IMG/VR virus record: IMGVR_UViG_3300042898_004347
Location: 76,054-140,053 of that record
Origin: a virus
Direction: 5' to 3' (one strand)
DNA length: 64,000 nucleotides
Made by a program: the position numbers and the translations under genes. The notes beneath the pieces were generated by a model. It was not told the origin of the DNA and did no database searches. It worked only from the letters and a program-made list of their open reading frames with translations. Shown one piece after another: positions 27,506 to 36,000 of this stretch. Position 1 is the stretch's first letter, and each line of letters starts with the position of its first letter.

Positions 27506-28647
27506 AGTTCCTTATATTTTTCTGCCGTGACTCCAGCGCGGCTAATGACATAGTCGTCTGATGGGTGTACATCGAGATCGTTAAACGACTTAATGAGACC
27601 GAGCTCGAGCATCGGCTTCTGCCGGCCATAGGGATGGTCGTGAATACGATGTGATGACCAAAGATTATCTCTGTCCAGATGATTATATGCAGAGCCTGGA
27701 CGAACGTAGTTTTCAACCCAACGGATGAAATCACAGCACACGTCTTCTGCGTTATAAGGGAATGCTCCGGTATCAGATTGAATTTTCTCCATGACAAGAT
27801 CGAGGAAAGCCTCGGTCTTCATCTTTTTGTTTGGAACTGCAAGATATGAAATACATTCAACAGCATTTGAACCATAGTAAAATGGGGTATCCCGATGGAC
27901 ATACTGAGGAAACCAATCAGCAACGTCAGCAACAACTGCTGCATATTGGAAAGCAAACCTACGCATTCCATTTGCTTGATTCCAGCTCAACATGAATTCG
28001 CCAATTTCGCGAAGTGTCTTTTTGTTTCCAGCAACTAAAAAATCTGCAAGCTCAGTGGCCAAACGTGGAGCAAATTCGCAGAGGTAGTAATCGCCACCAC
28101 GTTTATAACCTGCGGGTGGTTTTGGAAATGCAGGAAACTGGTATCCAACTGAAGTGTAAAACGGAGACTTCTCGGCTTTCACGATTTCCGTCATCTCTGG
28201 AATTGAAGAAGCAGTATGAAGCTTGAACAATAACGTATTATGGTAACCGGATGGTTTGGTTGCATAATTGATGGCAGAACCTGTTACGCGGTGAAGAATG
28301 AATACGTACATCCATTCTGCAAGAGTGAACTTCTTTCCATTCCAACTCGTGGCCACAGTCTTACGTTGCGCAGTATGGTTTCCTGATGACATCTTCATCC
28401 AATAGGGGTGATCTGCATTCCAACCATAAAAGCAATCATTCACGATCTGCGAGAATCCAGCAAATTTACGTTCAACCACATCGTAGAGCTCAACATTTTC
28501 AAGCAAAGCATCACCCATTTTAGACTCGGCATGAGTAAGCATCCCATAAGGAGGTCTAGATGAAACGTTGCATTTCTCCTGTTGATCCTTTGCTAATTGA
28601 TAGTAGCGAAGGAATTCATCGTAATAGTGTGTAGTTGAAAGACTCAT
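27484..28647 (-). CDS. aGPT-Pplase / amino-acid:DNA transferase-like protein (HhH glycosylase fold)
   Basis: C-terminal AEDVCCDFIRW (ExxxC[DE]xx[KR]) and GMRRFAFQ...AD; next to the PLP enzyme and hydroxymethylase. Confidence 0.55.
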   Translation of the reverse strand: MSLSTTHYYDEFLRYYQLAKDQQEKCNVSSRPPYGMLTHAESKMGDALLENVELYDVVERKFAGFSQIVNDCFYGWNADHPYWMKMSSGNHTAQRKTVATSWNGKKFTLAEWMYVFILHRVTGSAINYATKPSGYHNTLLFKLHTASSIPEMTEIVKAEKSPFYTSVGYQFPAFPKPPAGYKRGGDYYLCEFAPRLATELADFLVAGNKKTLREIGEFMLSWNQANGMRRFAFQYAAVVADVADWFPQYVHRDTPFYYGSNAVECISYLAVPNKKMKTEAFLDLVMEKIQSDTGAFPYNAEDVCCDFIRWVENYVRPGSAYNHLDRDNLWSSHRIHDHPYGRQKPMLELGLIKSFNDLDVHPSDDYVISRAGVTAEKYKELCKTCTQ

Positions 28648-28650
28648 AAA

Positions 28651-29097
28651 TTATTCGAATTTGACAAATTCCCAGGTAATACCTGCTTCAGTGAACATCT
28701 GCTGAGTCAGATTCCACGACTCTTGCCACGTTGCAGGTATTTCCTGCCATGGCATAACGATGTTTTTAATTCCAACTTGGATGATGCCTTTTGCACATTC
28801 AGAGCAAACTGGCAATCCATGCACAAACAAAATGGATCCATCAAGCGAGACGCCACTATAACTTGCGTTGTAGATGGCATTCATTTCTGCATGAACCACA
28901 TATTTGTACTTCGTCGGACGATCAGCATACCGATCCGGAGTATCTTGGATTCCACGTGGGAAACCATTATAGCCCTGAGCTAGTACCTGACCCTTCGACC
29001 CAATGATGACACATCCGATTTTTGTGGATGGATCTTTCGACCATCCAGCAATCTCTCGTGCTAACTTAAGGTAGCGACCTTTCCACTTATTATCCAT
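28651..29097 (-). CDS. cd: dCMP deaminase
   Basis: SKDPSTKIG, GYNGFPRG, HAEMNAI, PVCSEC. Confidence 0.92.
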   Translation of the reverse strand: MDNKWKGRYLKLAREIAGWSKDPSTKIGCVIIGSKGQVLAQGYNGFPRGIQDTPDRYADRPTKYKYVVHAEMNAIYNASYSGVSLDGSILFVHGLPVCSECAKGIIQVGIKNIVMPWQEIPATWQESWNLTQQMFTEAGITWEFVKFE

Positions 29098-29767
29098 TAA
29101 TAAGTGTGAAGTGCCGTTCATAGACGTGGAGCGAGCCGACGTGCCAGATGAGGTCTCCCATTTCATAATTATTTTCTCCGAGCGTGTTTAGATCTTGCAG
29201 AAGGCGGGTTTGTACTATGTATTGCCAGGCACGATCATTCTTATAACCGAAGACAACATCATTGCTTCGCATTTGGACGATGGCATGAAGTTTATTGTCT
29301 CGAATAAGATATTGCACAGCATTCGTGCACATGAAATCGGAACAGCCATCTTCGCAATAATGCTGGTGCATCTCTGGCCGAGTATAGATCATTATGGCTC
29401 TGCGACTATTTGGATTTGCAATAAGCTCATTTCGCGCAGAATTATATTGCTTATAATTGGTTTCTGAGTAGATGCACCAGCCATAGTTTGAATTAATCCA
29501 GCCATCTTTCGTTGCAACTTGTTTCCAGATCTTAGGAGCACCGCCAGGAATATCATTGACATTCAACGACTGGGAATCATACCATTGAAGTTCAGCATTG
29601 ATGTACTCATAATTTGGTTTGCCAAAGATGGCTTCTTCATCTGCAAAGAATGATGCGCCACATAACTCGAGTGTTTTAACACCACTCTTGTCTGTCACAT
29701 AGGCACCATTCGTTAGAGCATCTTTAAAATGCTGACGAATATCATTAACTCTGGGTAGATTTAGCAT
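29090..29767 (-). CDS. 42: dCMP hydroxymethylase (T4 gp42-like)
   Basis: INSNYGW, DFMCTNAVQYLIR, MRSNDVVFGYKND with Asp at the thymidylate synthase Asn177 position, GSLHVYERHF. Confidence 0.88.
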   Translation of the reverse strand: MLNLPRVNDIRQHFKDALTNGAYVTDKSGVKTLELCGASFFADEEAIFGKPNYEYINAELQWYDSQSLNVNDIPGGAPKIWKQVATKDGWINSNYGWCIYSETNYKQYNSARNELIANPNSRRAIMIYTRPEMHQHYCEDGCSDFMCTNAVQYLIRDNKLHAIVQMRSNDVVFGYKNDRAWQYIVQTRLLQDLNTLGENNYEMGDLIWHVGSLHVYERHFTLING

Positions 29768-30095
29768 TGAGATGGCGGTTAAGAAAGTCACGATCAGTGC
29801 GCTGGCCGTCAATACCTTTACGGCAGAATGACACAAAGAAGGATGAATAGTTAATGAGATCCTTTGCAGAGTCTTCAAGGGAATCGAAATTAGGTGCATA
29901 GTTTGCATCATTCTCCATTGCCTCAAGGACAGAACGAAGACGCAGCACCTTTGTGTTCATGATGTCAAGGATTGACGCAGCACCGCGTGGATAATAATCA
30001 GCTTGACGAATCGTACTATTTGGATTCTGATAATCGTTGGACTTTTTGAGTTGCAGATCTGCACACTCTTGGAGGACTTTGATGGATTCTTTCAT
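29745..30095 (-). CDS. Nucleotide-modification-associated (Nmad1/DUF1599-like) alpha-helical protein
   Basis: KKSNDY...K..RL...DSLEDSAKDLINY. Confidence 0.65.
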   Translation of the reverse strand: MKESIKVLQECADLQLKKSNDYQNPNSTIRQADYYPRGAASILDIMNTKVLRLRSVLEAMENDANYAPNFDSLEDSAKDLINYSSFFVSFCRKGIDGQRTDRDFLNRHLNAKSTQS

Positions 30096-30108
30096 AATAA
30101 AGAGATAA

Positions 30109-30579
30109 TCATACACTAGTTATAGCAGTTTGTACAGTAAATTGTGGACGAGAGCCAATAAAAGATGAACCATTCCAGTTCCATATTCCATAGAATTCAT
30201 ACTCATCAGAATCCATGGGATTCAAGAAAATGTAAATTCGTCGTGCCACCGGAATACCTCGGGCAATTTTATCTGCCATTCCCTGCAATACGTTCCTGCA
30301 ATTTGCAGCGCAGGTTGTAACCTTCACGTCAATCGATGTGATGCCATCAGGCTCATACAGATCTTTGTATTTTCGATCATCGTCCACGTAACCTTGCGCC
30401 ATAAGCCATAGCTCAGCGTAGTGGCCACGTAGGCACTGCTTTAGAATTTCATCAAACGTACGATCCTGATGCACTGCAGGACTCGGATCCTCATGGATCC
30501 GTTTTGCCTCTTTTGAGGCGCGGGAATATAACGACTGTTGGTCGATATCGGATTTCTTAAATGTGATAGCGTTCTGCAT
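30109..30579 (-). CDS. Hypothetical protein, possible PD-(D/E)xK nuclease
   Basis: GHYAE...YKDL...IDVK. Confidence 0.5.
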   Translation of the reverse strand: MQNAITFKKSDIDQQSLYSRASKEAKRIHEDPSPAVHQDRTFDEILKQCLRGHYAELWLMAQGYVDDDRKYKDLYEPDGITSIDVKVTTCAANCRNVLQGMADKIARGIPVARRIYIFLNPMDSDEYEFYGIWNWNGSSFIGSRPQFTVQTAITSV

Positions 30580-30587
30580 TCAATACA

Positions 30588-30643
30588 ATCATACACTTAG
30601 GCCTTAAAAAGTAAAGCACTAAAAATTACCTAAAGTGTTGATG
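30588..30643 (-). promoter_or_regulatory. Early-type promoter with an upstream IHF-like site
   Basis: CATCAA-CACT-TTA, TTTACT-N16-TATGAT, 8 nt, ATG. Confidence 0.6.
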
Positions 30644-31594
30644 CTAGAGCATGACACTCTTGTAGGCAAACTCAATGGCACGTTCAGCTTCCACATTCAA
30701 TGGTCGTTTTTGATAAAGCCTAGAGGTATCGCTATCGAGACCGCGGATCATTTCTGCAATCTGCGATGCGGTAATAGGATATTTGCGCTTCACTGCATTG
30801 CACGCAATACTCGACATGATTTTGTAGATCATGCGGTATCTTCCAGAGCCATCAATCGATGAGATTGTCTTGTACTCATTGATCAGCTTTTTATTCACAA
30901 AAGGACAATCGGTATAGGATGACCAGCTTACAGAGTTATTGTTCAGTTGTTCTTTCCGATGATTCAGAATTTCTTTCTGAATGTTGGATGGAAGCTTATC
31001 AATGAAACTCTGAGATGGCTTTTCGCTGAATGGATGCATTGCCATAATCTGGTCTGGATCCATGATCTCACCGGACCGAACCACGATAAAATTATCAGCA
31101 TCTGGATATTGCGCAGGAACGTAATACATCCGGCTCAGATCTTTCGTCTGCTCATCCGCCATAGAATTAAAATGCTTATTCAGGGCATACCAAAAATGAC
31201 GAATTTTATCAGGAGGTACTTCCTTGTTCAATTGAAATACGATTCGAAACTTCTTTTTGTCTGGACGAGATGACGCAGTCGAATAACAAATATGCTTGTA
31301 CTGAGAATACACCTTTACTGCATCTGCAAATGAGCACTCATATTCGTCCACATCCAATGCAGCCCAACCACCCCAGGACGTTACATTGGCGTTGGATCGA
31401 GTTCCACCTTTGGCATAGACTGCTGGAGAAATGAGAGAAGATGATTTCTTCGTCTCACCCCTTTTAGCCTTATAGCCTGGCAATCTTGAAAGCATGAAAA
31501 GCAACTTTTCAAAGTCCGCCCAAGATTGACAGACTACTAGCTTATCCGTCTTATTGTCAAAGATGGAATCAAATACTGTGAGTGAATAGTTCAA
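30644..31594 (-). CDS. AEP/Prim-Pol-like primase family protein
   Basis: ALDVD (DxD), YSTAS, KFRIVF, D.SRMYYVP. Confidence 0.6.
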   Translation of the reverse strand: MNYSLTVFDSIFDNKTDKLVVCQSWADFEKLLFMLSRLPGYKAKRGETKKSSSLISPAVYAKGGTRSNANVTSWGGWAALDVDEYECSFADAVKVYSQYKHICYSTASSRPDKKKFRIVFQLNKEVPPDKIRHFWYALNKHFNSMADEQTKDLSRMYYVPAQYPDADNFIVVRSGEIMDPDQIMAMHPFSEKPSQSFIDKLPSNIQKEILNHRKEQLNNNSVSWSSYTDCPFVNKKLINEYKTISSIDGSGRYRMIYKIMSSIACNAVKRKYPITASQIAEMIRGLDSDTSRLYQKRPLNVEAERAIEFAYKSVML

Positions 31595-31995
31595 TCGGTG
31601 AAAATAGGTCCAAGCAATCCTACGTTATCTGCGTGAGATGGTGCAGTCCAACCTTGAGGCTTAATTAGATCTGGAAGACCCAATGGATTTGGCCGAGACT
31701 CTTTTACTCCTACTTGTTTAGCGATGTTCGCTTCATATACCGCAGCCCAGGCTTTTTCAGAATCAACATCAAAAGCGTTGAGTGTGCCGATGGCAACAAC
31801 GCAAAGATCGATGAGTGCATCAACCACATCATCAGCATTGTCTGCTTTCTTCATTTCATCGAGTTCTTCTTGCAAGAACTTAATGCGAAACTCCAGGAAA
31901 GCCTTAAGCTTTTCCTTGTCGAATTCACGTACGATTGGATTTACTCCAAATTTGCGATGCATATATTCAATGTCATGTACCCAATTAGTTTTCAT
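31591..31995 (-). CDS. MazG/PRA-PH-like dNTP pyrophosphohydrolase
   Basis: LQEELDE...VDALIDL...V.EAN..K...DLIKP.GW..P. Confidence 0.8.
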   Translation of the reverse strand: MKTNWVHDIEYMHRKFGVNPIVREFDKEKLKAFLEFRIKFLQEELDEMKKADNADDVVDALIDLCVVAIGTLNAFDVDSEKAWAAVYEANIAKQVGVKESRPNPLGLPDLIKPQGWTAPSHADNVGLLGPIFTD

Positions 31996-32033
31996 AAGTT
32001 AATAATAATTCAGCTGACGTTTATTGTAAACAC

Positions 32034-34559
32034 TTAAGTGAAGAATTCTTCAAGATTCGAGGTTTTCTCCATGGTCCATCCAATTGAATCAAAGATGATG
32101 GATAAAGGATCCAGGAAGGTTTTCTCAAACTGAAGCTCGTGATCAATATATCTATGCAGACCCAATTCTTTTGGAAGACCATCCACAAAAGAAATTACAT
32201 TTTCTTGCATCGGGTTTGGAGTTTTAAGATAGATGAATTTGATCTTATCACCGCTACGAATTAGTTGATGTTTCTTTTGCAGATTACACTTCACAACTTG
32301 ATCATTGAAAAGCAAGCAGCCGCGAACATGGATCGGAGTTCCTTTCTTGTAAATTCCACCTTCTTTCTTGTTCGAATAACCTGAAACATCCGAGGCTCCA
32401 CGCGGGAACGCAATCTCCTCAGGTGGCAATGAAATGAAGTTCTCACGGATTTTTACAATTTCACGTTGAGCTTCGACTTCGGATTTGGTCATAATAACCT
32501 CGAACATCTTCTTTAGGGCATCACGGCATACTGCTGGAGTTGAAGATTTTACCGCTTCGATTCCCATGATCTTGATCTTGGGTTTAGCGTATTGAACACC
32601 TTCGTTATTGTGAACGTTAAGGATATAACGCTTCTTTGCTGTCCAAATACCACGATCCGCAATTGCCTCACGCTTCATTCCCATACGATTTGTTGGACAG
32701 AACATTGTCTTCGACAACAGATCGTAGGATGCAGTTAGCATAGGCTCGACAGCCTTTGCACAAAATTCATCCAAGAACTTAACAGGATTCTTAGGACCAA
32801 AGTTTTGAACGATTGGATCCATTGAGACATATAATGAGTCAGTATCGATAGCGATAACATAATCTTTGTCTTTCGATTTGAGGGTTTTATTTAAGAATTG
32901 ATTCACTTCCTTTTCAGCCCAACGGATTGCCAATTGGCCTGATAGAGTTGTTGCCTCGGCAATTCGCATGTCGAAATACCGAAAGTACTGATTGCCCAGG
33001 GCGCCGTAGAGTGAGTTGAGAAGAATTTTAACTGCAATCTGCTGATTCTCGAGACGAGAGATTTCTCGTTCACATTTAAAATACTCAACCTTGTTACCTT
33101 TATCGATCGTCTCGAGACGCTTCTTTTCTTGAAGCATGGCTTTCTTTAGGATAACACGCTTGTCGTAGATCTCAGTGATGATTCGAGGGATTACGCCGAT
33201 TTTATCTGTACGGAAATGAACACCATTTGCAGCCATAATGGTTCCGGGCATATGAGGTTCAAATGGTACATCATTCAGGATCACGTCAGGGGAAATACCC
33301 GGAGTCGTCTGAGACGTGATCGTCTCGGGTGACATGTTGTATTGAATGATGAGATTCGGATACAGAGAATTTAAGTCGAATGAACATACCCAATTATGTA
33401 GACCCACTTTTGGTTCTTTCACATAACCGCCAGGATAATCGCCCTTAAAGTTTTCAACGGATGGTGGGATTGCAATTGCCTTACGGGCAAGATCTCGATA
33501 TATGATTGAATCCCAGATTGCTGTGGTTCCAAGCGTATCATTGTAATTCACGCCGCCAATGTAAGCAAGCGTGAGAACTAAAGTAATGAGACCTAGTTTG
33601 TCTTCGAGACGATCCACAATCTCAACGTCTTTGATGTTGTAGTCCACGAAGGTTTGATAGTTCTCCTCGTAAAGGTTATGCAGGGAACCATATTCCTCAT
33701 ACGACAACTTTCCATCTCCAAGAACAACGTGTGCAATATGACCTAACTTATAGGATTCTTGATTACCATACGTGTGAGTCGTAAACTTCTTGAATAGATC
33801 CATGTAGTCTAACTGAGAGATACCAGTAATCTCGTAGATCTTCATCGGACGACCTTTGATCATGGTTTCTTTGGGTTCTACTTTGCCAAAGGGAGAAAGA
33901 AGATTCACAGTCTCCTGACCACATATTGAAATGATTCGATTTACGATATACGGAATATCGAAGCCACGACTATTCCAGCCCGTGATAATGTCAGGATTGT
34001 TTTTTGGCATGGCGAACCATGTTACAAAATCCAGCATCATTGAACGCTCATCAACAAATTGACGATATTCAACCTGAGAATGAATTAGCTTTTTGTCAGC
34101 GTCATATGGTTTCGTGCCCCATACGTAATAGACATCATCGATGCTATTTTTAACCGTGATGGTGATAATTTCGTGCAGCGCATCTTCGGGCTTTGGAAAG
34201 CCATCATTCGACATTACCTCGATGTCGAGGGTGGAAACATTAATGACACTACGATCAAAGTGGATTTCATCAGGAAAACGTTCTTGAATAAATTGCGCAA
34301 CGTAACGAGTGTTTCCATAGATCTTAAAGGATTCAATGTTCTCGTAAGGAGCCATGAATTCTTTAGCATCCTTCATAGAATCAAACATCATGGGCTCAAC
34401 CGGAGTGCCATCCAGCGCAGTCCAGATGGTTTTCTCATGCTTCGAAGGGAGATACATGGTGGGCTTAAACTTCACACGTTCGGTTACGCGCTTACCATTA
34501 TCATAGCCCCGATAAAGGATGTGCGAACCCCATCTGCTCACATTGGTATAGAATTTCAC
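32034..34559 (-). CDS. 43: Family B DNA polymerase gp43
   Basis: DIEV exonuclease, FDLNSLYP, KILLNSLYGALGN, DTDS, KKRY. Confidence 0.97.
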   Translation of the reverse strand: MKFYTNVSRWGSHILYRGYDNGKRVTERVKFKPTMYLPSKHEKTIWTALDGTPVEPMMFDSMKDAKEFMAPYENIESFKIYGNTRYVAQFIQERFPDEIHFDRSVINVSTLDIEVMSNDGFPKPEDALHEIITITVKNSIDDVYYVWGTKPYDADKKLIHSQVEYRQFVDERSMMLDFVTWFAMPKNNPDIITGWNSRGFDIPYIVNRIISICGQETVNLLSPFGKVEPKETMIKGRPMKIYEITGISQLDYMDLFKKFTTHTYGNQESYKLGHIAHVVLGDGKLSYEEYGSLHNLYEENYQTFVDYNIKDVEIVDRLEDKLGLITLVLTLAYIGGVNYNDTLGTTAIWDSIIYRDLARKAIAIPPSVENFKGDYPGGYVKEPKVGLHNWVCSFDLNSLYPNLIIQYNMSPETITSQTTPGISPDVILNDVPFEPHMPGTIMAANGVHFRTDKIGVIPRIITEIYDKRVILKKAMLQEKKRLETIDKGNKVEYFKCEREISRLENQQIAVKILLNSLYGALGNQYFRYFDMRIAEATTLSGQLAIRWAEKEVNQFLNKTLKSKDKDYVIAIDTDSLYVSMDPIVQNFGPKNPVKFLDEFCAKAVEPMLTASYDLLSKTMFCPTNRMGMKREAIADRGIWTAKKRYILNVHNNEGVQYAKPKIKIMGIEAVKSSTPAVCRDALKKMFEVIMTKSEVEAQREIVKIRENFISLPPEEIAFPRGASDVSGYSNKKEGGIYKKGTPIHVRGCLLFNDQVVKCNLQKKHQLIRSGDKIKFIYLKTPNPMQENVISFVDGLPKELGLHRYIDHELQFEKTFLDPLSIIFDSIGWTMEKTSNLEEFFT

Positions 34560-34595
34560 ATTACCATCCTATCACATAATCGGGGTTTGTAAATA

Positions 34596-34629
34596 AAAAA
34601 GAGTGGTAACGTGAAAGTCACCACTCTTG
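34596..34629 (-). terminator. Rho-independent terminator after hsp20
   Basis: AAGAGTGGT...ACCACTCTT stem with a U-tract on the minus strand. Confidence 0.75.
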
Positions 34630-34649
34630 TAAGACTAACTAAGAGTTAA

Positions 34650-35066
34650 TTAGTCCTGGATGAAAGTTGAGCCAATCTCAATCTTCTTTGGACGTTCTGA
34701 TTCTGGAACGACCTTGGCGAGTGGAATCGAAAGGATTCCATTCTTAAGGTCTGCACCTTTTACTTGAACGTATTCCGACAACGTGAAAGTTCTCGTGAAC
34801 TTACGGGTCGAAATGCCCTTATGGTTGTAGACTCGATCGTCTTCCATCTCACCGCTAACAGTAAGGACAGAATCCTTTAGCTGAATATCGAGGTTCTCCT
34901 TAGAGAATCCTGCAACGGCGATTTCCACCAAGAAATTATCGTCATCAATGAAAACGATATTATGCGGTGGGTATGTATCTTCTTTTAAGGAGACTCTGTT
35001 GAGCTCGTTGAAAAGATGGTCAAAGCCTACAAAGGCTGACCGTGGGAACGTGTATGTATTTGTCAT
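34650..35066 (-). CDS. hsp20: Small heat-shock protein Hsp20
   Basis: YPPHNI, EIAVAGF, HKGISTRKF.R.F.L, NGIL.I. Confidence 0.93.
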   Translation of the reverse strand: MTNTYTFPRSAFVGFDHLFNELNRVSLKEDTYPPHNIVFIDDDNFLVEIAVAGFSKENLDIQLKDSVLTVSGEMEDDRVYNHKGISTRKFTRTFTLSEYVQVKGADLKNGILSIPLAKVVPESERPKKIEIGSTFIQD

Positions 35067-35154
35067 CTGATTTACCTCCAGTTATGCAAGGTTATGTAAT
35101 CTCCAGCAACCCCCGAAGGGCATTACCGGTTGATGGCGTGATTGCCATCAAGGT

Positions 35155-35162
35155 TATTTATA
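35155..35162 (-). promoter_or_regulatory. T4-type late promoter TATAAATA
   Basis: Exact consensus upstream of the hsp20 leader. Confidence 0.65.
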
Positions 35163-35630
35163 TCACTTCGTATTACCGATTGAATATTTTGCTAACAATT
35201 CCCAATTTATCTTGTCTCGGTGTGGGATAATCTTGATCTGACGTAACGGAGCTTTATCTTTGGCCTGATCGTTGTTCACAATTGAAACTAAACCCCAGTC
35301 CGAGAGAAGAGTAGTGATGGTGTTACGTCTCTGCAAATCGTTCGTATTTAAATTTGAGGGCTTGCCGTCAAGAAGGAATAATTCCTTAAAATGAACAATA
35401 AAATAACGTCCCTGCTTATGAAGAATATGGCAAGACTGATAAAGCTTGTTTGTGGTCTTTCGCGAGGCGACTCCAATTCGGGTCAGCGTCTCGCGTACTT
35501 TTAAAAAATCATCCGGTTCGTTCAGCAAGACCTCAAGCATCATCGCAGGTGTCCATTCTACAGGAGTGACATCGATTGCGTCATTCTGTATGGCATCAGT
35601 GCTTTGATTGTTTAATTCTGGAGCGTCCAC
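35163..35630 (-). CDS. regA: Translational repressor RegA
   Basis: DDFLKVRETLTRIGVAS, LYQSCHILHKQGRYFIVHFKELF. Confidence 0.95.
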   Translation of the reverse strand: MDAPELNNQSTDAIQNDAIDVTPVEWTPAMMLEVLLNEPDDFLKVRETLTRIGVASRKTTNKLYQSCHILHKQGRYFIVHFKELFLLDGKPSNLNTNDLQRRNTITTLLSDWGLVSIVNNDQAKDKAPLRQIKIIPHRDKINWELLAKYSIGNTK

Positions 35631-36000
35631 CTTGATAAATTTTAGTTCGTAGTACTTCTAGTTGTTCAGAAGACATGAGCGACGCAGCAGATCTAGCCTT
35701 TTCATTACTAAAGTCATAATATGCTTTGACAATCATTATCGCTTCTTGTTCCTGGGGTTTAGCCCATTTACTAAAGCGCTTCTTCTTACGTATGCTATTT
35801 ATCAAAAAGTCGAACTGGAGTCGCTTATCCAGATGGTGATAACGGTTCATTTCGTTAGCGAACAAAACGGTATCAGAGAAATAAGACAGTCCACGATTCA
35901 CCATAAATGGGACATACTGCTTTTCAGAAACATCATCCACCATGATGTCCTTCTTGGTATCATTGATGGAATTTAGGTAGTCGAAGAAGTTCATTTCCAT
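35596..36000 (-). CDS. 62: Clamp loader small subunit gp62
   Basis: YVPFMVNRGLS...ANEMN...QFDFLINSIRKKKRFSKW. Confidence 0.9.
   Translation of the reverse strand: MEMNFFDYLNSINDTKKDIMVDDVSEKQYVPFMVNRGLSYFSDTVLFANEMNRYHHLDKRLQFDFLINSIRKKKRFSKWAKPQEQEAIMIVKAYYDFSNEKARSAASLMSSEQLEVLRTKIYQGGRSRIKQSKH

Noticed and set aside
29090-29926. Calling this ThyA or dUMP hydroxymethylase, and using the 29926 start
   Set aside because: Asp at the specificity position and close gp42-like motifs indicate dCMP hydroxymethylase. The upstream 53 codons overlap the Nmad1-like gene, so 29767 is preferred.
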